Below the pieces are notes generated by a model that worked only from the letters and a program-made list of their open reading frames with translations, searched no databases and was not told where the DNA came from. A stretch of DNA of 64,000 nt from Candidatus Acidiferrum sp. (GTDB taxonomy: Archaea > Micrarchaeota > Micrarchaeia > Micrarchaeales > Micrarchaeaceae). Location: assembly GCA_035509375.1 (NCBI GenBank), contig DATJLP010000007.1, positions 9,848-73,847 on the forward strand, read 5' to 3'. Below are positions 17,495 to 26,464 of this stretch, in pieces (position 1 is the first letter of the stretch; each line of letters begins with the position of its first letter). The translations under genes were made by a program, and so were the position numbers.

Positions 17495-18814
17495 GTGTTA
17501 ATGATGAAAATTACGTTCTTAGGAGCAGCAGGAGAGGTAGGAAGGAGTTGCATAATGATCAGTGCGAAGAACACGAGCATTCTGCTTGATGCCGGCATAA
17601 AGCTGGGGCAGACGATAGAGTATCCGCAGATAACGGACGACATGCTGAGGTCTCTCGATGGGATATTCATATCTCACGCGCACATAGACCACAACGGTTT
17701 CATACCGCACATATACTCGTCGGGATACAGGGGCAACTTCTACGCCACAAAGCCGACGATAGAGGTCGGCCAGGTGATGATAAGCGATTACATAAGGATA
17801 TCGAACCCGGCCAGCGTGACGAAGAAGGGCCTTGAGGAGATGACCAGGCATGCGAAGATAGTGGAGTATCACAAGGAGATGAAGCTCAAGGACCTGACGA
17901 TAAAGTTCATACCTGCGGGTCACATACTTGGCAGCGCGATAATAGAGGTGAACGACGGCAAGAACAGGGTCGCCTACACCGGAGACATCTGCCTAAACAA
18001 GTCGAGGCTGCTCGAGGGCGCCGACATCAGGAGCGTCAGGGCCGACACGCTGATAACGGAGAGCACATACGGGGCTAAGGTGGATGTCTTCCCAAATGAG
18101 AAGATAACATCGCAGAACATGGCCAAGAGCATTAAGACTACGCTGCAGGCCGGGGGCAAGGTGATAGTGCCGAGCTTCGCGGTGGGCAGGGCGCAGGAGG
18201 TGCTCTTCCTCCTTGACGACTACATGAACTCTGGGATACTTCCGAGGGCGCCGATCTACGTCGATGGAATGATAAACAAGGTTATGAGGATATACAGGCA
18301 TAACGTCATCTACTGCAGGAAGGAGCTGCAGAGCAAGATACTGATGAGCGACGACGACCCGTTCAAGAGCAAGAACTTCATGGTAGTTGAGAAGAAGAGC
18401 ACGAGGAACAAGATAGTGAACGACAGCGAGCCGGGAATAATAGTGACGACAAGCGGCATGCTGAGCGGAGGCCCGGTCATGTTCTACATGTCGAAGCTTG
18501 CGAGAAATTCCTTGAACAAGATGCTCCTTGTGGGATACCAGGCCATAGGGACCATGGGCAGAATGATACAGGAGGGCGCGAAGAGCGTGGTGCTCGAGGG
18601 GCATCCCCTAAAGATCGAGATGGACGTCAGCACCTTCCACCTGTCGGCCCACGCGGACCGTCCGCAGCTTGAGAGGATAATGGGCAGCGTCAAGGGTCTG
18701 CAGAACGTCTTCATGGTTCACGGGGAGCTCACGAAGGCGAAGGAGCTCAGGGAGTTCGCGGCCAGGAGGTACGACGCGAAGGTGCCGCTGATCAAGGAAG
18801 AGCATAATATCTGA
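17495..18814 (+). CDS. beta-CASP / metallo-beta-lactamase ribonuclease, paralog 2
   Basis: HAHIDHNG, TESTYG, HLSAHADRPQL and VHGE motifs. ATG starts lie at 17501 and 17504. Confidence 0.8.
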   Translation: MLMMKITFLGAAGEVGRSCIMISAKNTSILLDAGIKLGQTIEYPQITDDMLRSLDGIFISHAHIDHNGFIPHIYSSGYRGNFYATKPTIEVGQVMISDYIRISNPASVTKKGLEEMTRHAKIVEYHKEMKLKDLTIKFIPAGHILGSAIIEVNDGKNRVAYTGDICLNKSRLLEGADIRSVRADTLITESTYGAKVDVFPNEKITSQNMAKSIKTTLQAGGKVIVPSFAVGRAQEVLFLLDDYMNSGILPRAPIYVDGMINKVMRIYRHNVIYCRKELQSKILMSDDDPFKSKNFMVVEKKSTRNKIVNDSEPGIIVTTSGMLSGGPVMFYMSKLARNSLNKMLLVGYQAIGTMGRMIQEGAKSVVLEGHPLKIEMDVSTFHLSAHADRPQLERIMGSVKGLQNVFMVHGELTKAKELREFAARRYDAKVPLIKEEHNI

Positions 18815-18816
18815 TT

Positions 18817-19281
18817 GTGTTTGGGGAGTGGCGAATCCTTGCAAAAGGCATAAATAGTGCAAAGACGTATGAAAGCGCTAAAGGTAGGGTAGAAATGGCT
18901 GGTAGGAAGAATGCTAAATATTCCAAGGAGCTCGAGCAGATAAAGATGCTCAAGTCGATAAATTCTGTCTTGAAGACGAGCGACATGGAGAACGCGCTCC
19001 TTGCCAACTCCGCAAAGGATTCCGAGACTGTGAGCGATGGCATGGTGGAGGAGATGCTCGGCACAGTGAGAGCACAGAGAGACAGGAACAGGGGCGTACA
19101 GGACATTGAGAGGTTCACAACCCAGGTCGCATCAACCGCGCCGCAGAGAAGGGCGCAGCATCCTAAACCTTCGCGAAGGGCGATGCCGGCAAGAAGGGCG
19201 AGGCCAAAGATGAAAAGAAGTGCAAAGAGAATGGCGCATGGCAAGGCGAAGAGGACGGCGCATAAGAGAAGGAATAAATAG
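18817..19281 (+). CDS. hypothetical protein with very basic C-terminal tail
   Basis: The C-terminus reads RRAMPARRARPKMKRSAKRMAHGKAKRTAHKRRNK. The likely start is MAGRKN at 18895. Confidence 0.4.
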   Translation: MFGEWRILAKGINSAKTYESAKGRVEMAGRKNAKYSKELEQIKMLKSINSVLKTSDMENALLANSAKDSETVSDGMVEEMLGTVRAQRDRNRGVQDIERFTTQVASTAPQRRAQHPKPSRRAMPARRARPKMKRSAKRMAHGKAKRTAHKRRNK

Positions 19282-19303
19282 TCTGATTCTAAAATTATTT
19301 CAT

Positions 19304-19375
19304 GGGCTCTTGGCTCAATGGCAGAGCGCCCGCTTTGCAAGCGGGAGGTTGCGGGTTCAATTCCCGCAGAGTCCA
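19304..19375 (+). tRNA. tRNA-Ala (UGC)
   Basis: Clean cloverleaf. Acceptor GGGCUCU/AGAGUCC with the G3:U70 identity pair, anticodon loop UUUGCAA, T arm GCGGG-UUCAAUU-CCCGC. Confidence 0.9.
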
Positions 19376-19380
19376 CTTAA

Positions 19381-20364
19381 TTATGTGTTGATTGTTTCTC
19401 TGATCTTCTGTCTGTTTTCAAAAACATATTCTGCCATCCTTGCCCAGTTACAGACCTCTTGCATCGTAATCTTTCTTTCTGAAGATCCTTGTATTATGTG
19501 AAATAAGAAATCGAAGTCGCCTATGCAGGAAGTTAATATCATATCTATAAGCATATCCTTTTCTTCGAGTGTAAGTTTGCGTATTTTTGAATAAGTTTCG
19601 ATCACAACACGGACCTTTGATAAGTCCAGTACGTACTTTTTGCTGTTATAGTGGCAGAGCCTCTGGATGACTATAGCGAGGTCTTTGATCAAGAGATTTC
19701 CATAATGTACGAAGTCGAAGTCTATGAGTCCATTAAGCTTGCCATTCTTCCAAATTAGATTCGTTTTGCTAATGTCATTGTAAAGATAGTAGTATTCTAA
19801 TTTTCTCTCTTTGTGTTTTGCTATGTAATCAGCGATTGGAAGCACCATCCTAGCGTATCTTATGAATGTAGATTCATTTGTATTATGGTTCCTTTTCTTA
19901 TTCAACTCGGTCAGAGTCCTCTTTACTAGAACACCAACTTTGCTTGGCTGATATGGATCGTTACGGTTAGATTTGAGCATGAAAAATTTCTTGTTTTTAA
20001 TTAGTATATTATGATATTCTGCAAGCATTTTGGATATTTCGCGCAGTTTAATAAAGTCGAAATTATACACATGTGTGCCATCTATGTATTCATACATCCA
20101 GAAAAGACTCCCTTTCTCCTTTACCAGGTAATCGCCCTTCACGGTTTTCATCGGTACTGGTATTGAATATCTCAACCCACCCCGTTTCAAAGTGGTAAGA
20201 TACTTGAGCTCAAATCTGACGTTTCTTTCGTTAGCCGCCACTACTTTTCTTAAAATATACTTGTTCTTTCCTTCTGTTACAAGCCAGTTTTGATTCATCA
20301 GGCCTACGTCTATCTTTTTTGATTTGACATTAGATAATCCCCAATTATTGAGTATTTGCTTCAT
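19381..20364 (-). CDS. aminoglycoside/choline-kinase-like phosphotransferase (APH family)
   Basis: Kinase-like catalytic region YNDISKTNLIW and LIDFDF. AT-rich: about 32% GC in a counted line. Its stop is 6 nt from the tRNA-Ala 3' end. Confidence 0.65.
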   Translation of the reverse strand: MKQILNNWGLSNVKSKKIDVGLMNQNWLVTEGKNKYILRKVVAANERNVRFELKYLTTLKRGGLRYSIPVPMKTVKGDYLVKEKGSLFWMYEYIDGTHVYNFDFIKLREISKMLAEYHNILIKNKKFFMLKSNRNDPYQPSKVGVLVKRTLTELNKKRNHNTNESTFIRYARMVLPIADYIAKHKERKLEYYYLYNDISKTNLIWKNGKLNGLIDFDFVHYGNLLIKDLAIVIQRLCHYNSKKYVLDLSKVRVVIETYSKIRKLTLEEKDMLIDMILTSCIGDFDFLFHIIQGSSERKITMQEVCNWARMAEYVFENRQKIRETINT

Positions 20365-20478
20365 AGTTTCTAATATCCTCTAGAAAGTATCATAAATGCA
20401 TTATCTCTAAAGAGATTTGGCAGATTACATTCCAATTGTGCTGGGTGGCAAACTTAAAACAAATAAAAACGTGGGATT

Positions 20479-20907
20479 ATGGCGAATAAACCAAAAATAG
20501 AAAAGAATGCAAGGGGGTTGACGAAAGAGGAGATAGCCGCGATGAAGGAAACGCTCAAAGAGCGGAATTCAAACATGGACGGGGAGACCGCTGTGCTCGC
20601 CAAGATTGCAGCGATGAAGGAGCCGGATCGCACCATGGCCAAGCGAATTCACCAGATTGTCAGGACTGTCGCGCCTGAGCTTACACCGAGGACTTGGTAT
20701 GGGATGCCTGCATACTCTAAGGGAGAAAAGGTTATCTGCTTCTTCCAGGACGCGAATAAATTTAAGGCGAGGTATGCGACGTTTGGATTCAGCGATAAAG
20801 CCAACCTAGATGATGGTGCAATGTGGCCGATCTCTTTCGCACTGAAGAAACTAACACCCGCAGAAGAGACGAGGATAACCTCACTTGTGAAGAGAGCGGT
20901 AAGCTGA
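20479..20907 (+). CDS. DUF1801 (YdhG-like) domain protein
   Basis: The pattern [17 protein letters not shown]....RYATFGF resembles DUF1801 proteins. Confidence 0.55.
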   Translation: MANKPKIEKNARGLTKEEIAAMKETLKERNSNMDGETAVLAKIAAMKEPDRTMAKRIHQIVRTVAPELTPRTWYGMPAYSKGEKVICFFQDANKFKARYATFGFSDKANLDDGAMWPISFALKKLTPAEETRITSLVKRAVS

Positions 20908-20915
20908 GTTTTGTC

Positions 20916-21149
20916 TCAGTGTTGGCCTTCTAGAAGGTCGCTTATGAATTTACCGACTTCTTTTTCGCCAGATATAATCTTATCTCCAATTTTTAGCTGG
21001 ATTTCTGGAACCTTCTCTTCGTCCCTTGTGCTAACTTCATATTTTCCGGCTTTAAGTTCGTCCCGAAGAAGAGGAAGATTTCTACCTATATCTTGACGAT
21101 TTGGATTCCAAAGTATGTCGATGTGCGCTCTGAAGAGCGTGGACGCCAT
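20916..21149 (-). CDS. small hypothetical protein (thioredoxin-fold C-terminal-half-like, no Cys)
   Basis: 77-aa ORF downstream of the MFS gene. No usable upstream start was found by inspection. Confidence 0.3.
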   Translation of the reverse strand: MASTLFRAHIDILWNPNRQDIGRNLPLLRDELKAGKYEVSTRDEEKVPEIQLKIGDKIISGEKEVGKFISDLLEGQH

Positions 21150-21183
21150 AAAATTAAAACAATGCGCAGGTATTTATTCTTAA

Positions 21184-22446
21184 CTAGTAGCACTTCCTGA
21201 ATATCGCTATTGAGATTATGTTCAGCAGTATCGCTATCGAGAAGGTGTACTGGTATCCGATCGCTGCGGATATAGTCCCTGAGCCGAATGCGCCTATTAT
21301 TGCAGACAAACCTAGAAGGGCAACCCACATCCCTATGTAGTAGCCCTTGTGCCTTCCCCTTACATGGTTGTATACCACAACAGATGAGGATATGTTCCAG
21401 TACGCGTACGCCAAGCCGGCTATGAAGTATGCGATTATGTTTATTTGGAAGGCCAGGCTTGTGAATACGAAAATCGGTATGATTGCCACGAAGTACGAAA
21501 CGCTCCTTGTGATGGTTGCCAGGGTGTAGTACCTCTTGAGAACGACCTGCGTTACGAAGTACAGGACGACCGCGTATATGAGGAGCTGCGCTATGCCGTT
21601 GATGACGTTGATTAGGAAGATGTTGCTGTAGGTTATTCCAAAATATCTCAGGTATGGGACGTAGGCGGTGTTGAACATCACGCTTCCGAGGTTGAAGAGC
21701 GCCACAGCGATCAGCAGGGTGTAGATGCTCCTCGTCCTCTTCTTCCTTAACGACTTGTGTATTTTCTCTATCAGGGGCATTCCTGTCATCAGGTGCGGCA
21801 GGGCGCTGATGAGCCTTAGAATCGGGAACGCCCTGTGCGCTGCCTCGAGCCTTTCTTTTGAGAGGGCCCTCTTTGGCATCTTCTTTACAAGGATATACGC
21901 CATAGCCAAGGCGATTACGTTCAGCCCCAGTAGAAAGTCGAGATAGTAGGATATTGTGTGGTAGGCAACGAAGAGCCCTGCGAAGTAGGCGATGATGCCT
22001 CCGATTATAGACATTATGCTGTACTTGCTGAAGTACTTCGGCAATGAGGGGTTTACCCTGGTGCCCATTACGAGTATGTTTATCGCGGGCGAGGCGGCAG
22101 TAGCCATGAGGGCGTAGAGCCCGTAGTCGAATTCCAGGAATGCAACGTGCCCTGCAATGTAAAGTATCAGAATGACCGGAAGGGTTCCGAGGAGCGAGAG
22201 CAGTATGAATATCTTCATCCTTCCGAGCTTGTCTACCAGCCTTCCCCAGATTATCGATGAGGGCACGCTTACGAGGTAGTATGCGGCTATCGCCACTCCG
22301 ACATCGTAGACCGTTCCCTTGAGCGAGAGGATCAGAAGGGGTATCACTATCGAGAGTCCGCTGCCTATAGCCGCGTATGGCACGACCGTGTACATCCAGT
22401 TGTAGTGAAGACCCTTCGCCATGCTGTTGCCTGCTTGTATCTCCAC
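21184..22446 (-). CDS. MFS-type transporter
   Basis: 420 aa with about 12 hydrophobic helices and an MFS loop-like GRLVDKLGRMK. Confidence 0.75.
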   Translation of the reverse strand: MEIQAGNSMAKGLHYNWMYTVVPYAAIGSGLSIVIPLLILSLKGTVYDVGVAIAAYYLVSVPSSIIWGRLVDKLGRMKIFILLSLLGTLPVILILYIAGHVAFLEFDYGLYALMATAASPAINILVMGTRVNPSLPKYFSKYSIMSIIGGIIAYFAGLFVAYHTISYYLDFLLGLNVIALAMAYILVKKMPKRALSKERLEAAHRAFPILRLISALPHLMTGMPLIEKIHKSLRKKRTRSIYTLLIAVALFNLGSVMFNTAYVPYLRYFGITYSNIFLINVINGIAQLLIYAVVLYFVTQVVLKRYYTLATITRSVSYFVAIIPIFVFTSLAFQINIIAYFIAGLAYAYWNISSSVVVYNHVRGRHKGYYIGMWVALLGLSAIIGAFGSGTISAAIGYQYTFSIAILLNIISIAIFRKCY

Positions 22447-22679
22447 TCACACTTTATATATACTTTTTCCTATCGCCAAATGCGATATGGTCTGCCTTGC
22501 TGAATTGGCCCGCTATTCTGCATCTGCCCCTCTTATCGTAAGGCTATGACCCAACTTTTCTAAGTAGCTGTGCAACCTCTCTGTCAGGCTGCGCCTGCTG
22601 GGCGCCGAGCGTTGGGTCCCTGTCTTGAGGGTATCTGCTGAATGGTCCGAACCCTTCTGGGATTGTTAGTATCATGTAT

Positions 22680-23141
22680 TCACTGCTTGGTCGGCTTTCC
22701 GTGCTTCCCGTTTGTGTTTGGAGAGTTTGGCACAACTAATTTAGCCCTGGCGAGTTTGATCACATTTTGAGCGTGGCCCAGCGCCTCTTCGCCCATCCTT
22801 GCAAGAGCCTCTGGCTTGTGGCTTTGCGCCAGTTCGCTCACAACCGATAACGCGCGCCTTAGATATCTAAGCTGCCTCTGCAGCTCCGCATCACTTGCTT
22901 CAGGGGGTGCCTCCCTTTCCAAAGGCGCCATAGCCCTCAATAATGTACCGGCCGCCATTCTTGTTTCGTTGCTTAGGTCATTCAGGGTCGGTGGCCTTCT
23001 GTGGAATCCTCCCCTTCCTGTTAAATCATATATGGGAAGTTGAAGCTCATAAGCCCCTGCGCGAATATTTTCTAAGATGCCCTTTGGCCCTCCCAGTTCA
23101 AGCGTTCCCCCTTGGCCCTGTTCCATGTTGGTTTGTGGCAT
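22680..23141 (-). CDS. hypothetical protein
   Basis: 153-aa ORF. No motif recognised. Confidence 0.4.
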   Translation of the reverse strand: MPQTNMEQGQGGTLELGGPKGILENIRAGAYELQLPIYDLTGRGGFHRRPPTLNDLSNETRMAAGTLLRAMAPLEREAPPEASDAELQRQLRYLRRALSVVSELAQSHKPEALARMGEEALGHAQNVIKLARAKLVVPNSPNTNGKHGKPTKQ

Positions 23142-23225
23142 AAGATCAACTCATTTAACAAAATCTTATACCGCCAAGATGATATTTAAACATTGCTTTT
23201 TTTACAATTTTATGAAAAAGAGCTG

Positions 23226-24356
23226 TTATTTTGCTGGGTTGGCTGGCAGGTCATCGGCGCGGTTGATGGACCTGTTGCCCGTGGCCTTCCTTATTCTGTT
23301 CATTATTGCAAGGCCGATGCCCTTCTCGTCAAAGGCCTCTATTATGCCGAACTTCACCTTGAGGGAGTCGAGCGCTATGAGCCCGTCGTAGAGGTTCTTC
23401 GCTATCTCGTAGGGGTTCTCCCTCTTTCCAAGCTCTATCGTGCTGCAGCCGAAAGAATCCGACATGGCACTGCACGACTCGCCAGAGCCTATGAATGCGA
23501 ACGATGGTGCGTTTGGGGCATCGTCAAGTATCTCCACCAGCTCCGTTATTTTTCCGTTGAAGAGCATTACTGGAGTATCTGGCGTGTAATGGGTATACTT
23601 GGTGCCTGGGCTTACCGGTTTGTCGGCGCTGGCCATACCCCTTGCCACATTATCCACCTTCGGCCTTTTTCCGAAAGCCCTCTCTATCTCCTCAATGGTG
23701 AAAGGACCTGGCCTCAGTATCGTGAAGCTCCTCAGGTCTATTATGGTGGACTCTACCCCAAAGAAGGACCTTCCGGAATCTATGATGCAGTCAACCTTTC
23801 CTTTGAAGTACCTGACCGCCTGGCCTGCGTTTGTCGCTGTGGGCTTTCCTGACGGGTTCGCGCTCGGCGCAGCTATAGGCATGCCGGCCTCCTTTATCAG
23901 GGCCAGCGCCACAGGGTGCGCTGGCATGCGTATCGATATTGTATCAAGGCCTGCAGTTACCGCCCTTGGGAGCTTGCCTCTAGACCTGGCTATGAAGGTT
24001 ATCGGAGATGGCCAGATCCTCTTTATGGAAGGAAGGTACCCTTCCGGTATCTCTGCTATCTCCTGCGCCATCTCCAGCGAAGAGACGTGCGCTATCAGCG
24101 GGTTGTCTGCCGGCCTTCCCTTTATCTCGAATATCCTCCTGCATGCGGCTTCGCTGTATGCGCTTGCTCCTATCCCATATACGGTCTCTGTTGGAAAGAC
24201 CACTATCTTCTCCTCTTTGATGAAGCCGGCTGCCCTGCTCACCCTATTCATTTCCGGCTTCAGCGCGTCTATTGCCAATACCTCTGTCTCCATGTGCTCT
24301 CCGAGACTCAATATTGTGCGTAAAGAATAATAAGGATCAGCGCCTCGTTGGGCCAC
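23226..24356 (-). CDS. sua5: threonylcarbamoyl-AMP synthase (Sua5/YrdC family, with Sua5 C-terminal domain)
   Basis: VVFPTETVYGIGA, RPADNPLIAHV, SIRMPAHP and SANPSGKPT motifs. The likely true start is METEVL at 24293, which removes the overlap with the upstream gene. Confidence 0.85.
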   Translation of the reverse strand: MAQRGADPYYSLRTILSLGEHMETEVLAIDALKPEMNRVSRAAGFIKEEKIVVFPTETVYGIGASAYSEAACRRIFEIKGRPADNPLIAHVSSLEMAQEIAEIPEGYLPSIKRIWPSPITFIARSRGKLPRAVTAGLDTISIRMPAHPVALALIKEAGMPIAAPSANPSGKPTATNAGQAVRYFKGKVDCIIDSGRSFFGVESTIIDLRSFTILRPGPFTIEEIERAFGKRPKVDNVARGMASADKPVSPGTKYTHYTPDTPVMLFNGKITELVEILDDAPNAPSFAFIGSGESCSAMSDSFGCSTIELGKRENPYEIAKNLYDGLIALDSLKVKFGIIEAFDEKGIGLAIMNRIRKATGNRSINRADDLPANPAK

Positions 24357-24966
24357 GCTCCGCCCTCTTGGCTATTTCGACCAGCGCATCCCGTTCCACC
24401 TCCAGAACCCTGTTGGACCTGTAGAACGACTCTATGCTGTCCTGCTCAGATCCCCTCGGATTGATTATTATCCTGCCCGGCTCGTGGAATGGCACGGTTG
24501 ACGGCGAGAGCGCCCTGCCAAGCTCCGGGCTCCTGCATATCGCCTCGGCCTTCGCCTCGTCTATATCTAAAGCAAAGTCCTGCGCGAGCGTCCTTCGCAA
24601 AGCTGCGGCCTGGAGGGCTCTCAGGCCAGGGTCCTTTGCGTCCCTCTCGCCCCTCAGGAGCTGCTCCTGCGCTGCGCCTTCCGATGGCGCAAGCCTGGCT
24701 GCAAGGTCCTTCGCCTTCTGGACCATATCAAGGTGGTCGCTCAGGAATTTAAAGTACGATTCCGAAACAATGAGGGCAAGCTCGTCAAATCCCACGGTCC
24801 TGCCGCTATAGCCCCAGGCAACCCTCCAGTCCCCTTTCCCATAGATGCTGTCCCACTGCTTGAAGAACTCGGCCCTGTTCCCGTCCTGATACTCTGCCCT
24901 GCCAACGACCTTCCACCTACGCTGATCGTCCGTCATCCTAGGCAGATATCCCGCGCTCATGGACAA
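24337..24966 (-). CDS. hypothetical protein
   Basis: 209-aa ORF. No motif recognised. Confidence 0.45.
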   Translation of the reverse strand: MSMSAGYLPRMTDDQRRWKVVGRAEYQDGNRAEFFKQWDSIYGKGDWRVAWGYSGRTVGFDELALIVSESYFKFLSDHLDMVQKAKDLAARLAPSEGAAQEQLLRGERDAKDPGLRALQAAALRRTLAQDFALDIDEAKAEAICRSPELGRALSPSTVPFHEPGRIIINPRGSEQDSIESFYRSNRVLEVERDALVEIAKRAERGPTRR

Positions 24967-25061
24967 TTTGACCTCACCCTAAGGGCCTCGGCCTGCGGCT
25001 CAGCAAAGCCAAGCCATCCCAACCCCATCCAAAAATTATGGGAACTTGAAAGTTTAATTAA

Positions 25062-25742
25062 CTATCTAAAAATAGCTTTTATCGCTCTTGACCTCTCTCT
25101 CAGGCTCTCGATAACCTCCTCTGCACCCGCCTCTTTAAGCGCCTCTTTCGAATACCCGCCGGACGCAACCCCAACAGCTTTCGCCCCGGCCGCTGCCGAT
25201 GCCTTTATTATCTGCGGCGAGCTTGCGACTATCCAAACGGAAGAGCCCGCCTCCAGGCCGAATTCTGCGCTTGCCCTCCTCTCAGCCTTCTGTATCAGCC
25301 TTGTAAGGTCGTTCTCCTTGTTGCCGTATTCGCCGAACTTGAAGTGCTCGGCAAGGTTGGCGCGCTGCAGCTTGTTCTTTATTATGTCCTCTATGTCGCC
25401 TGTTGCGATTCCGACCACGGCCCCCCTCTTTGAGAGCTCTTCCAGGAACTGCCTTGCGCCCTCCAGGACCGTTATCGCTTCCCTACCTGTTACATTGTAG
25501 TAAGAGTATCCGAGCTCCTCTGCCGTGCCTTCTAGCCTGAGCGCTATCTCATCCTGGCTCACCTCGTTCTTCTCGAGTATGTCCCTGACCATCAGCTGCG
25601 CCGGCACGCCTTCGTATTCGGAGAGCTTGAAGCTGGGCTCGAACCCGTACCTGCTCCTTATCGCCTCGAAGACATACTCAGAGACGTCCTTCTGGTCCTT
25701 GACTATGAGGTTGTTTACATCGATCAGAACGAGCCTCTGCAT
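25062..25742 (-). CDS. HAD-superfamily hydrolase-like protein
   Basis: HAD layout with motif I as LIDVNN (second Asp replaced by Asn), GIATGD, and a late SS..IIKASAAAG region. Confidence 0.65.
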   Translation of the reverse strand: MQRLVLIDVNNLIVKDQKDVSEYVFEAIRSRYGFEPSFKLSEYEGVPAQLMVRDILEKNEVSQDEIALRLEGTAEELGYSYYNVTGREAITVLEGARQFLEELSKRGAVVGIATGDIEDIIKNKLQRANLAEHFKFGEYGNKENDLTRLIQKAERRASAEFGLEAGSSVWIVASSPQIIKASAAAGAKAVGVASGGYSKEALKEAGAEEVIESLRERSRAIKAIFR

Positions 25743-25813
25743 TGTATCACACAGGTGTTAGATTATATCTGCAGTAAATAAATCCTTTGTGATGTAATAT
25801 AGGTTGTGGTTTT

Positions 25814-26158
25814 ATGATGCCGAATATGGACCCTAGGGCCTTGAAGAGCATGATGGAGAAGATGGGCATCAAGACCAGCGAGATAGACGCTACGAGCGTT
25901 GTCATTCACTGCGCTGGAAAGGACCTTGTGATAAGCAACCCCCAGGTGACGCAGATAGACGCCCAGGGCGCCACGAGCTTCCAGGTTGCGGGTGTTGTTG
26001 AGGAGAAGGAGGTTGATGTCTCTGTGGAAATAACCGATGACGACGTGAAGACCGTGATGGACCAGGCGGGGATAGACGACGAGGAAAGGGCGAGGGCGGC
26101 CCTCAAGGAATCGAACGGCGACATAGCCGGAGCGATAATCAAGCTCAACAGTCAGTAG
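25814..26158 (+). CDS. nac: nascent polypeptide-associated complex protein (archaeal NAC)
   Basis: NAC domain (MEKMGIKTSEIDATSVVI...) plus a C-terminal UBA (ERARAALKESNGDIAGAIIKL). Confidence 0.85.
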   Translation: MMPNMDPRALKSMMEKMGIKTSEIDATSVVIHCAGKDLVISNPQVTQIDAQGATSFQVAGVVEEKEVDVSVEITDDDVKTVMDQAGIDDEERARAALKESNGDIAGAIIKLNSQ

Positions 26159-26460
26159 TTTACCTTGTAAGCCTGCGCGTATGGCACTCCGTTGACCCTC
26201 TTTACGTGCGTCTGATCTATCACCTTGTTCCGTATGGCGGTGCTGACCGCCTCCTGCCCCACGATGTTTGCGGTGATCATGTTCTTGGTTGATATCTCGC
26301 CGAATTCCCTTGCAGGTATCAGGCTCCCCTTGTAGAAGTCGGCGTACCCCTTTATGTTGATTAGGATGTTCCCCTCCTCGAGCACCTTGTCTATCAGGGA
26401 TTCGTCGCACATGGCGATTATCTTGCCGTTTTCTGTCTGGTGGATCTTTACGTAGATCAG
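26152..26460 (-). CDS. DUF424-like protein, probable non-AUG start
   Basis: The track ORF begins MCDESLIDKVL at 26412. The in-frame upstream sequence reads (L)IYVKIHQTENGKIIA back to a stop at 26461-26463, which matches the DUF424 N-terminus. Only CTG (26460-26458) or ATC codons are available as starts there. Confidence 0.5.
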   Translation of the reverse strand: MIYVKIHQTENGKIIAMCDESLIDKVLEEGNILINIKGYADFYKGSLIPAREFGEISTKNMITANIVGQEAVSTAIRNKVIDQTHVKRVNGVPYAQAYKVNY

Positions 26461-26464
26461 TCAA

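Noticed and set aside
21086-22450. 454-aa same-strand alternative-frame ORF over the MFS transporter
   Set aside because: The product is R/H/P/N-rich and non-protein-like. The other frame gives a clean 12-helix transporter.
22544-22735. 63-aa ORF overlapping the 3' end of the 22680-23141 gene
   Set aside because: It has no motif, overlaps its neighbour by 56 nt in another frame, and could be non-coding. There is not enough support to call it.
24733-25500. 255-aa plus-strand ORF spanning the hypothetical and HAD genes. Similar long antisense ORFs lie at 2599-3282, 16953-17480, 17993-18604, 23193-24330, 25763-26464, 56217-56816 and 61899-62570.
   Set aside because: All overlap better-supported genes on the opposite strand and have low-complexity, S/P/L/R-rich translations.
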